A DNA stretch of 41,582 bases from Thelocarpon superellum (GCA_026025795.1 JAPEUG010000120.1:1-41582); one strand, 5' to 3'. Positions 1-10,250 are shown, numbered from the stretch's first letter. Notes: a model not told the origin generated them from the sequence alone. A program made the numbers and translations.

Positions 1-30
1 TCTCTCTGTCAAGGGTAAGAAAGCTACAAG

Positions 31-891
31 ATGGCCGATCAAGCCGCATGTGATTCCTTCAGCGGATCTCCTCCCTCCGATGAGATGCTTGATTGCTCCT
101 CCTCTGAAATCTTCGCTCGAGCCATCGTTCAATTCCATAGCTACGACTGGACGAGGTCGATCAAGACGCACCGCCTCCTCCTACGCCTATCCCAGCCTCT
201 ACCCCTTCCATCCACCCATCTCTGGTGCAACATCGGCCTCATTCGCTGCCACCTGGGCGAATATGCGCTCGCAGCCGAAGCATTCGACAAGGCGATCGCG
301 TCAGATGGGCTTCTAGCGATCGCATGGTTTTGCCTGGGCATGGCTCTCTTCCAACTCGGCGACTTCCGCAACGCCGAACGCCGCTACCTCCGCTGCCTCG
401 ACTGCTTACCCCCCGAGGTGGCAGTGCTACCCTATCGCCCGCTCGGTCTCCGCTTCTCGCTACACCGCACCCAGATCGAGTGGAACGTGCGGCTCGCGCG
501 CCTCTGGAAACAACACAAGCGGAATCACACCGAGGTGCCCACCTCGTGGTGTCTGAACCGTCTGCCGGCCGGGCGACTGTTCGAAGCGCGGCCGCGGGCC
601 GAGGAGCTGGCGAGCTCCCTAGACGACGATCCCCCGCCCGAGGCGGCAGATCCCAAGGGGGACGCCGGCGTACGACCTTACCCAGGGGATGGAGGGAGCC
701 TCCAAGGCAATCTCTTCGAGCAGCGGCAGAAGAAGGAGGCCTCCGATGACGACGCGACCCTTCCTGCACCGGCGGCGCCCCTCACCTCCTCCATCCCCCG
801 CTCGCGACGCATCACCACTTTTCCGCCGACGGATTACTCCGCCCCTTCTTCGCCTGGTCTGTCTGCTACGTTTCGTCAGGGTGATGAATGA
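31..891 (+). CDS. Divergent NoxR/p67phox-like TPR protein; no recognisable PB1 domain; may extend 5' beyond the window
   Basis: HLWCNIGLIRCHLGEYALAAEAFDKAIASDGLLAIAWFCLGMALFQLGDF...LPYRPLGLRFSLHRTQIEWNV matches from memory the NoxR/p67phox TPR region (ILFNxGVIxATLGEHxxAVExYxxAxxLDxYLAVAYFQxGVSNFLLGDF...IDYxQLGLxFKLYSCEVLFN). A possible GTAAGA...CAG intron at 15-62 would join an upstream exon in frame. Confidence 0.65.
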   Translation: MADQAACDSFSGSPPSDEMLDCSSSEIFARAIVQFHSYDWTRSIKTHRLLLRLSQPLPLPSTHLWCNIGLIRCHLGEYALAAEAFDKAIASDGLLAIAWFCLGMALFQLGDFRNAERRYLRCLDCLPPEVAVLPYRPLGLRFSLHRTQIEWNVRLARLWKQHKRNHTEVPTSWCLNRLPAGRLFEARPRAEELASSLDDDPPPEAADPKGDAGVRPYPGDGGSLQGNLFEQRQKKEASDDDATLPAPAAPLTSSIPRSRRITTFPPTDYSAPSSPGLSATFRQGDE

Positions 892-954
892 CCCTAGGAT
901 CAGGAATTGTGGAGAGACGGTGGGGGGCAATTGAGGGAGGGATGCGATAGAAGT

Positions 955-1040
955 GAAGGGAAGGAAAAGGAAGGGAAGGAAAGGAAAGGGAAGGGAGGGG
1001 AAAGGAAGGGAAGGGAGGGGAAAGGAAGGGAAGGGAAGAG
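955..1040. repeat. Polypurine microsatellite, (GGAAA/GGAAG/GGGAA)n
   Basis: Directly visible purine-only pentamer repeats. Confidence 0.9.
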
Positions 1041-1185
1041 AATAGAGCAAGGCAGAGATCCGTGGAGATAGGCGCAGATCGTGCAGATGGTGGTACTACA
1101 CTACGCCACGCTTCGATACGAGATGAGACGAGACGATACAGTACGATAACGATGTGATATAGCATCACCATACATTCATCCCATA

Positions 1186-1248
1186 CGACCGCGACCGCGA
1201 CCGCGACCGCGACCGCGACCGCAACCGCAACCGCGACCACGACCACGC
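1186..1248. repeat. Hexamer microsatellite (GACCGC)n with AACCGC/GACCAC variants
   Basis: Directly visible tandem repeat. Confidence 0.9.
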
Positions 1249-1802
1249 CGCGTCTAATAGGGTTAGGTAACATCCGGGAGCTGACCGTCCGAATGGGTAA
1301 TACCGTACACAAGCCGCTTCTCTCCCTTATCGATCCCGCAAGGACCAACGTACGACTGGACCGACGGACGGGCGGGCCGACCGACGGATCAACCAAGTGG
1401 CTTGTTGACGGCTGGGAGAAAAACAGATATCGGTCCGTTCAGCACCGCGCCCCCTCCTACCATCACGATCATGATCAAAATCACCGACCTCCCAAGATGA
1501 AAACAAGACCTGAGACCGTGTCGAGTGGTGGGGAAAAGATCATGAACAAGAACTCGTGAAAAAGATGATTCAGTGCGCGCTTTCGCCGGTCGATATGCAG
1601 GGTGTAGGGTAATGGAAGACTGTAGCGTCATGGCGGAGCACGGTGACCGGCGACGGGCGGCGCGGAGAGTGATCATGCTTAGGGTAGGTTGAAGATCGAT
1701 GACGGCGGGATTGGAGAAGAGTTGAGGGTGTCATCGGCCCGGGCCGTGCTAGGTCAAAGGATTGCTTCGTCGTCGTCGTCGTCGGAGTGCGCAGAGACTG
1801 AC

Positions 1803-3753
1803 TCAATGTTGCTCCTCGCCCCCCACTTCGCTATCCTCGCCAAACTCTTCATCCATCTCATCACCGCCGATCGCCGTCGCGCCCATCATCCCGGCCACTT
1901 GCTGCTCCTCCTCCGCAGTCTCGTCGCCAGTTTCGTAGAGGGCGTTATAACCTTCGACGTCGTGCTGGTAGGCCTTCCGGTTGAAGTGTTCCCGAAGTGC
2001 GACCACTCCTGGGCCCGAGAAGACGCAAAACACGTCGCGTTGGTGCTCCGTAAATTCTGCGCGAAGTTAGCGGATTTCGTGTCATCCTCTACCACCAACA
2101 TACCTGGAGGTGCTTCGCGACAGAATTCCGTCAGCTCGTCTCGTAGGAAGGCATGCACCCCCGTCAAACTAAGATGAGTGAGACGAGGGCAGTGGGTCAA
2201 CAGCGCATGGATGCCCTAGTCATATGTTAGCGTGATGGAGAGCACTCGCCGACGATGGTGAAGCATTACCTGCAGCGTCAGATGGACGCAGTAGCTCAGA
2301 TGCACCCGCTCGAGGCTGCTGGTGCCCAGGTGCGCTCGAGTTGCTCCGGCACGTGCTTGGGCCAGTGCTAGGATGCTCCGATCGGTAATGGCCTGGCACT
2401 TGACCAAGCCTATCCGTCGGAGCTTGGGAAGGGTCGCTAATTGTTGGATGGATGCATCGGTAAGGCGGTGACAGCAGGCCAGATCGATATACCGGATCCG
2501 GTTGCATGTCTTGACCAGCTCGATGACGGCGGCATCGGTGATGTATGCGCAGTGGCCGAGATGGACATAGTGGAGGTTCTTGCCAAGCTTGGTGATGGCG
2601 AGCACGGAGCGATCGGTGATTTTCTTGCACTTGGCCAAGACGAGATTGCGGAGCCTGGGCGCAGCGAAGATGATGCGCTCCACCGCCTTGTCCGTCAGGT
2701 TTTCACATGCCGTCAGGTCCAATATCCGTAAACTATCCAATCGCCGTCGATCGGGGAGCGACATGAAGGCCTCATCGGTGATGAGGGAGCATAGACCGAG
2801 TCGAAGTTCGCGGAGCTGGGATCCCCGAAGGAGCAGGGCGGCGACAGCCACATCGCCGATCAGGTGGCAATCGTGGAGATCAATCTCCAGCATCTGCCGG
2901 CAGTTTTCGGCGAACGCCACGACGGATTCGTTCGTGATCTGATGGCAGTCGTTGAGCTTAAGCTGAGCGGTTGTTAGCCTCCATCTTTTCCGACTTGGCA
3001 AGTCAGAGCACCTACCCTCTTGATCGATCGGCAGCCCTCGGAGACGGCGATCAACGACTGATCAGTGATGCCTTTGCACATGGTCACGTTGAGTCCTTGG
3101 AGCCTCCGGCAGTGCTCGGCGACGGTGAGGAGAGTGAGGTCGGTGATGGCTTCCAAGCCCGAGATGTCGAGGGCCAGGAGGTTGGTATTGCCCTGGACTA
3201 GGGTCATGACGCCCGAGTCGGTCAGCTTGGTGCAGCTGGTCAGGGTCAATCGTTCCACGCGCTTGCATCCAGCCAGCGGGACGATGGTGCCATCGCTGAC
3301 GTCCTCGCCAAAGGACGATAGATTCAAGCGCTTCACCAGGTCGTAGTAGGCAAAGTATGAGTCGGGCTTTCGGATGGAGTGGACGACGCTGAGCAAATTC
3401 TTCCAGCTGTTGCATAGTGGCCGATGCCATAACAAGTCGACACTGTTCCGTGCCCAGGCTTTGGACACGAGCATGCAGTTTTTCAGGTCCGAGGTGGAGC
3501 TGAGTTTCGCAAAGATGGCGATGAGGATCTCGGGAGGGAGGCGGCTGATGGGGGAGAGGATGTGTTCTCGTTCCGTCGCGGGGGACACCATCATCTCCCG
3601 GAAGGTGGAGACGCCGATGGACGACTGCGAGTCATTCTGCTGCATCATGAAGAAGTCCGTGTCTTCGTATTCTGTTCGCTCGGGCGAACTCGATGACGAC
3701 GACTCGGACACGGGATCACCAGCGATCCGCTGCGGGGTGCGGAAGCGACTCAT
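1803..3753 (-). CDS. GRR1: SCF E3 ligase F-box/LRR protein Grr1 (GrrA); 4 exons, introns 2963-3015, 2216-2269, 2057-2103
   Basis: F-box (ISRLPPEILIAIFAKL...CMLVSKAWARNSVDLLWHRP), many cysteine-containing LRRs (CKRVERLTLTSCTKLTD, LPKLRRIGLVKCQAITD), C-terminal FCREAPPEFTEHQRDVFCVFSG restored by canonical introns. Confidence 0.95.
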
Positions 3754-5347
3754 GATGGGCGATCAGGAGGGGATGGCGACCGGGAGGTCTCCGGACGATA
3801 GATGGCGATGACGACTGCGACCGGTCGGGAAGAGGCAGCCCGCCAGGTGAAGCTCGTCCTGGTTGTTGCCGATGGCATCGACCGGCCAGAGGATCTCACC
3901 CACTGCGAGCGCGGTCGGTCAGATCGCGAGCTGGCGGCACGCGCGGGTTGGTGGAGGGTGCCTCATGCAACGAACTGATGTGGTCGGTCGTCCGTGGTGG
4001 CGGTCCGGTTGTCAGACAGACGCTGGAGGGGTAGTCCAACGATGCAGGCGATGTCGACGACGTACTTGGGGACGGCGCTGGGCCACAATCCGGATGCGCG
4101 TGCGTGGAAGATGTACCGTTGGTGAGGAGCACGGTGGATGGCCAAGGCGTAGCGTCGGTGATTGGCAGCCGGTGAGACGGTGGCACCCTGGCTTGCTGTG
4201 ATGGTTGATGGCCGTCTTCCTGCGTCGTGGTTGGTGGGATGATGAACAAGGCCGCACCTACGCCTAACAAGAACAAGTTACGAGCGGACGAAGTAAACGG
4301 GGCTGAGGCCGTGCGAGGGCTGGGATTCGCTGGCTGCCGACCGACCAACCTAAGGCGACCACACCCTCTCACGCCCAACCGACGAGGATCCAGAAGGCAC
4401 TGAATCTCACTCTTACCAGGGCGGTGCTTGGGATGTGGTCGAACCGATGAAACTCCAGGCAACAATTTGCACCCTGCGCACTTCTGTGCCCCGTCTATGA
4501 GTCTCCTCTTTCGTTGCTTACGAGGGAGAAGCAGCAAGCCCGCCGAGCCCAGGACGCTGTTGATCGGTGGGACTGACGTCTTCAACTCTCGCACAATGGA
4601 CACCGCAGCATACTGAGAGTACTAGTGCCGGGGCTGCATAGTGGCACTTCACATGGTGATACCATGCCCGAACAATGCCGGTTTCGATCGTGAATGCACC
4701 GAGATAAGGTTATCGGAGCATGGCAGTCGCCTGGTAATGCCATCCCCTATCCAACTCCAGAGACATTAGAAGGCCGCCATGCAGTCAAAGACCAAGAAAT
4801 TTGAATCCGTAATTTCTATACTGTGTACAAAGTACGTCGTGCTTCCCGTGCGTGGTCTTCCTGAGATTACTGAGAAAGAGAGCCACTAGTTCTCTCAGGC
4901 GAATATATTTAGAGCGTCGATGGTCAGACTTCGATGCGGCACGAAGCGCCCTTGCAAGTACGACACGAGTACGGGCACAGCTGTGTATTCTCTTCACCTA
5001 GCTGGGCCGGGCTCAGTCGGCACCAGTGGATTATTACTGCCACGGGTGAGCCAAGGCAATGAGGGCTTGATGACAGATCAGAGTAGCGAGTAGCTTCGGC
5101 AACGTGTGACAAGGCCGTCTGATCTGTCCGACTCCCGAACTACGGTGGTTTTCTTTGCGCTTCGCTTTGCTGACAACCTCACTCCAGCCACATGACGGGT
5201 CTGTTTCACCTCGTGTGCATGATCCACGATTGCCCTTTACACACCCACGGTCAAATATGACCCGGGCTGAAGATTGATGAGTCATGGAAAGCCATCGCAA
5301 CATCAAATACACGGGCCATGTACTCCTCTTTTGAGCCTGACTTACGG

Positions 5348-7311
5348 TTATCCCTTTCTTGCTCGGTCGCGCAGGACCTTCTTTTGTACCTTGCCCGTAC
5401 TTGTTTTCGGTAGCTCCTCCACCACCTCGACCTCTCGCGGGACCATGAACTTACTGATGTCGCTCTGATGTTTCGCCCAATCGATGATCTCGACGCCCGT
5501 GACGATCGCGCCCGATTTGACCGTGATGAATGCTTTCGGTCGTTCGCCCCAATGAGAATCTGGTACGGCAACGACTGCCGCTTCGAGGATATCGGGATGC
5601 GTGGATAGCTTGCTCTCGAGACTGACCGACGAGATGTTTTCTCCTCCTGTCGCTCATTGATGAGAGCCGCATGGGCAAGCACATGGAATAGTCTTCAATC
5701 TTACCACTGATGATGATGTCTTTGGCTCGGTCCATGATCTGAATGGCACCGTCCGGATGCCACACCGCAAGATCGCCGGAGTGTTGCACACCACCTGCAA
5801 AGAGCTTTCTCGTCGCTTCGGCGTCCTTGTAGTACCCCTTGGCGCAGATATTGCCGCGAAAGACAATCTCCCCCATTTCCTTGCCGTCCTTGCTGACCTC
5901 CACCACCGTACCCTCTGGCATACCCGTCTTGATGACACGTGCGGGGAGACTCGTCACAAACCCATGCCCTTGCCGTGCCATCATTTTATACTTGTCCTTG
6001 TTGGCCAGGTGATCCCATGCCGGTAATTGGTAGCCCTTGGTGATGGGCCCATACGTCTCCGTGAGACCGTACACGTGGACCGGCATGAGGTTGAGTCTTG
6101 TCATCTGCTCAAAAAGATGCGGCGTCGGCGGGCTGGCGGCAACCGTGACGCGAACCGGCTCAGGGAGCACGGCGGCCTCTTTGGCATTGCAGAGGAGAGT
6201 GTTGACTGTCGGGGCGGCATTGTAGTGCGTGACACGTTCGTCCTTGAGCAGCCTCCAGATTTCAGAATACTCGATCTTTCGCAGGCAGTAGTGAGTACCT
6301 CGGACCGCAGTGACCGCCCATGGAAACGTCCAGCCTGTACGATACGAGTCGTTAGCCACGGATGCCAAGGATGCCACGGATGGTCCCCGACGGTTTACCC
6401 ATGCAGTGAAACATCGGTAGAGTCCATAGATACCGGCAGCGGCCGCGATTTGAGTTCAAGCCCGACTCAATGACGTTGGCCAATGCCGCCAGATATGCTC
6501 CTCGATGTGTATATTCGACCCCCTTTGGCCGTGCAGTGGTACCACTGGTGTATGCCAGCGCGATCAAGCCATCGTCATCTGTCGTCTGAAATTCAAGCCC
6601 ATCCCAGCCCTTTGTACCCTTCTGTCGATCGTACTGAAGGCCTTCGCGGATCGCCTCGTCAAATGGGCCACTGAGCTGGCCTTGTGTCGCATCCGTGTCG
6701 GTATCAACAATGATGGTGACGCCGGGGTGGCTTCGACGGAAGCTGTCGAGCAAGGGGGCCAGTTCCGCGTCCAGAATAATGGCGTCGACTTCGGCATGAT
6801 CGAAGATGTAGGAAATATCCTCGGCCTTCAACCGGTAATTGACCGCTGTAGCCATAGCTTAGTCTGGGTCTGGCCGATCCCGCGTCGTGGATGTCTTGCT
6901 CACCCACATTGACTCCTCCCGCCGCAGCGATGCCAAAAATGGACTCGAGGAAGGCCGGCGTATTAGGACACAAGATTCCAACGCGGTTGAAGCCATGCTT
7001 TTTCAGATAGTAGGCGAAACCGCGGGCCCTGTCGGCAAACTCTCGATAAGAGCGCCGCAAGACCTTTTGGTTGGCTGTGACATGGTAGATTGCTTCGGCC
7101 TACGGATGAAATCAGGCGTTGGCGCAACATCACTGGGCAATCGCCTTACGTCTGGCTCAATTGTGGCAGCACGAGAGAGGAAGATGGTTGGCGACAGCGT
7201 ATGGTAGTTGACCCGGTGGGCTGCGTCTGAAGTCGACGATTTGATTGGTGACGGCGCGAACGGAAGCAATTGCGATGCGAGCTTGGAAAGCCTGGCTTTT
7301 GCGCCAGACAT
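5348..7311 (-). CDS. AMP-dependent acyl-CoA synthetase / acyl-activating enzyme, probably peroxisomal (PTS2); introns 7100-7149, 6846-6903, 6335-6398, 5647-5704
   Basis: AMP-binding motifs YTSGTTARPKGV, YGLTETYGP, HSGDLA, DRAKDIIISGGENISS, LPKTSTGKVQK; the spliced ORF is continuous and ends ...RARKG-TAA at 5348; N-terminal RLSKLASQL. Confidence 0.93.
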
Positions 7312-8002
7312 CGTGGACGACTGCAGGGGGCACTCCAAGAGATGACGGGGATATTCGCATGCCGACCTAAAGGAGGAACGATCGTCAACCTGAACTACAT
7401 TCGACGGAGGGGCTATGACAAGCTACAGTTGGCCCTTCGGCTGACTGTCGCTCAACCCCGGGCGTTACTAACGCCGTTATTGTACAAAGTGCGAGTATTC
7501 CGCACACCGTGTTTCTGAAGGTGTGGGGAACTTGGCGTGGCGTTGCGGGTCCGTTCCGAGCCAACCTGCGCCGGACCTACACGCGATTGAGCGACCCTTA
7601 TCCTTCTTTCGTCGACCCGAATTCGTATGATGCAGAAGAAGCGGCGCTTACGACTAGCATGGTTTATCACCTCGGATAAGGACCATGCTTCCGTGTCGTT
7701 CTCCGTCTCTCTGTCGACGGAATGGGAGTGGCACAATGAACGGCCATGCGTGGGTTGGTGCAGTGCAGGACGTCGAAACGGTGGAGGCGCAAAATCGAGA
7801 GCTCTTGACAGGAATTCTACGAAGCGGCGAGATCGAACCAAAGGACCGGATCAAGGGGCGCGCAGCAGAGAGGATTCCATGTGGATTGAACATTGTTCCT
7901 GCCGATCTCAACACCAACACGCATGACACGGAGCCAAAGGCCTCATCCCCGACGCTATCCCTTGCCAGGCAGGCTCTCTCTCCTCGGGAGAATTGATGAC
8001 AG

Positions 8003-8942
8003 CTAATAGCCGTATTCGCTGAGCTGCGCTTTGGTCTTCTCGTCCACGCTCGCCTTGTTCTGTGCCTCCGTGAGGTGTCGCCGTGCAGCCTTCTTGCGCT
8101 CGTAGTATGCCGCCCCCTTCACCTTTCTCCTCTCCTCAAGTCTATCGCGCCACCTGTCAGTCTATCGCTCCCTTTCGCGGGCATACCAGCACATCGTGGG
8201 GGAGAAGCACGAACCTTGCGACCACATCTTGATATTTCCAGCCCACCTCGTGGCTCAGGCGACCCACGGTGCAGTACTTTCGCCCTGGCTTTAGTCGTAG
8301 AACCCGTAGGGCTTGCGGAACGACCATCCGCTTCTTCTTGTCGTATGGCGCCGGCACGCCCTCGAAAACCTTGAGTCGATCCATCGCCGCCGCACCACGC
8401 GCCGTCTTGTGGGGAATCATGCCACGCACGGTCTTGTAGAAGATGCGCGATGGGGCACGAAAGTGAAATGGACCTGTGGAGGGTATCATTAGCGTCACTC
8501 CATCAGACAGTCACGGAATGTGGGGCGTACCTCCTCGGGTCGGATTGTATCGGGTCATCTTGCGGAGATATGCAAGATATTTGACTGACGACCCACACTT
8601 GTCAGCTCCGTGTATTGCCGTAATAGATCGTGTCGAACCGGAAAACCATCCAAGCCATAGGAGACATCATTGAAGGATAGACATACGCTTCGCACGAAAG
8701 AACTCTCCGGAAATGTTCAACGCCTCACATCGCACGACCACAATCTTCTGGCCATTGAGCAGTTGCTTGGCCACCGTGCTGGCCAAGCGACCGAGAAGAT
8801 GTCCCTTGCCATCGATAACGACCTATGATGCGCATCCAACGGGTCAGTGGGAACCGGCTTGAAGATGGAGCCGTGGTCGGAAATCGTGCCGAGAGCGCGC
8901 CTGGTCGGAAAGTGGACTCACCACGCTGTCAAAGGACGACAT
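8003..8942 (-). CDS. RPL16: 60S ribosomal protein uL13 (L16/L13a); introns 8823-8921, 8585-8686, 8474-8530, 8142-8214
   Basis: Spliced product [55 protein letters not shown]...[27 protein letters not shown]...[12 protein letters not shown]...QLSEYGY. Confidence 0.98.
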
Positions 8943-9090
8943 CTTGCTCAGGATGCGTGCTTGACACAATTACTGTGCCCGGGATGGTGCCACCTTTTCC
9001 TCTGCCCTCAGAGCGCTGAGGATGTCGAGAATGATGGAAGTTGACGAGAAGCAACGGAAAGTGGAGCGAAGCGTTTGTGGACGTGGTCGG

Positions 9091-9170
9091 CGCTTAACCC
9101 TGGTAGGTGCACTAAGCGAAGAGTTACGGGCAGTCAGATGTGCGGCTCGGCGGTTGAAGCCCTACCCTAC
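9091..9170. promoter_or_regulatory. Ribosomal-protein promoter elements, probably shared with the divergent ncRNA: Homol-E-like GCCCTACCCTAC (9159-9170), Homol-D-like CAGTCAGA (9131-9138), telobox-like TAACCCT (9095-9101)
   Basis: Motifs lie 150-230 nt upstream of the RPL16 ATG and resemble the known fungal RP promoter boxes ACCCTACCCT and CAGTCACA. Confidence 0.55.
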
Positions 9171-9189
9171 CAAGCCCCAACGTAGTCCG

Positions 9190-10250
9190 ACCAGCTGATC
9201 ACCCATTTTCGTATCACTGATCCCAAGCTCAATTCGGTCCCGTCGGTGTCTGCGACTCGATTGATCTCGGTCGTCGACTCCTAATACGTCGTGGTTGGTC
9301 ATGATTCGTCTTATGGTCTCAGCCTGCTGTGACCATCGCGACCCTGACACCAAGATGAAACGTGCTCAATCGGCCTCATGAGCCAGTTTGACCCTTCCCA
9401 ATGGTGGCACATGCGACATCCAAAGGTCGACGACGTTGTGAGCGAGTTTGTCTTACCGCACGTTACGTGCGCATGGCGTGCCACTTCACGGACCATGAGA
9501 CCTGTGATTGGAGATGAAGGCCGTGCTTGGAAGAGCTACCCATCAAGGTGACACGTCTAGCTCGCATGGGGAATCACTATAAGAGGGGAAACCCCAGCTC
9601 GCCGTGGCTTTTCTCTTCGCAAAATTTCACGTTGCAAGAGCGACGCGTATACCTTGTCTTCCGGTCTCGTGCTATTTTCCACTCAACTCTCGGCGACTCC
9701 GTTGCCAAAAAGAGCGCGAGATGTGTAATGGCTTACTGGCACGACCTTCCGCGGGCGGGGCTATCGTCGTATTGCACTCTCCTCGCCATCACCAAGACGC
9801 GCGGGAATGGCACGTGCGTATGTGGAACGATAGCGCGGATGCGCGCCGGGGGACCAATATCCGGGTGGATACGGCATCGGCCGAGGATCACGTCGTCGCT
9901 GGCAATCTCCGAATATCGATTCGGTACGAACACATGTGATCGTTGATGGCGCGCTAAGCAAATGCTGAGGGTGCTGTAGGAGTCACGGAGATCTGAGGAC
10001 TTCCGGCTACTCGTTGAAAGCGGAGTCCTTGGATTCCTTTGCTCTACCCTTCGCCCGGACCACCCGTCTCAATCGCCGACTCGAGCTCAGTGTGGGTGGT
10101 GATGGAATAATTGGGCGCTCAGCAGTGGTAACTTGTTCCGGCGAGACGGTGGTAGAGGGTGTGGTGGGGTGGAATTAACGGTTCATCAAAGTCTGGCGTT
10201 GTTCTTGTGACATCAGATTGCAAATCCCACCATCTATCTTCGGCTCTCCA
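9190..10250 (+). ncRNA. TER1: Putative telomerase RNA (TR/TER); ends approximate
   Basis: Nested long-range helices 9197-9303 / 9728-9941; hairpin 9313-9336 followed by template-like GACCCTGACACC (9340-9351); H-type pseudoknot 9599-9722 with U-rich loop, UUUU/AAAA tract and P2.1 hairpin; three-way junction ~10064-10150 with P6.1-like AGCA-GUGGUAACU-UGUU; no credible ORF in the interval. Confidence 0.8.

Noticed and set aside
3896..4603. 235-aa ORF upstream of GRR1
   Set aside because: No ATG start and no recognisable domain; probably GRR1 5' UTR or promoter.
8585..8686. Box C/D snoRNA in RPL16 intron 2 (ATGATGT ... CTGA)
   Set aside because: The CTGA coincides with the branch point, the intron is only 102 nt, and no rRNA-complementary guide was recognised.
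9095..9101. TAACCCT as a canonical TTAGGG telomerase template
   Set aside because: Only 7 nt match (followed by GG, not AA). It lies outside the enclosing helices and within the RPL16 promoter, so a promoter telobox is the better explanation.
9159..9171. CCCTACCCTACC as a template for TAGGG repeats
   Set aside because: It matches the Homol-E RP promoter box, lies upstream of the folded domain and has no boundary hairpin.
9527..9961. Short ORFs across the structured interval
   Set aside because: Mostly non-ATG starts, no recognisable protein features, and extensive base-pairing explains the region better.
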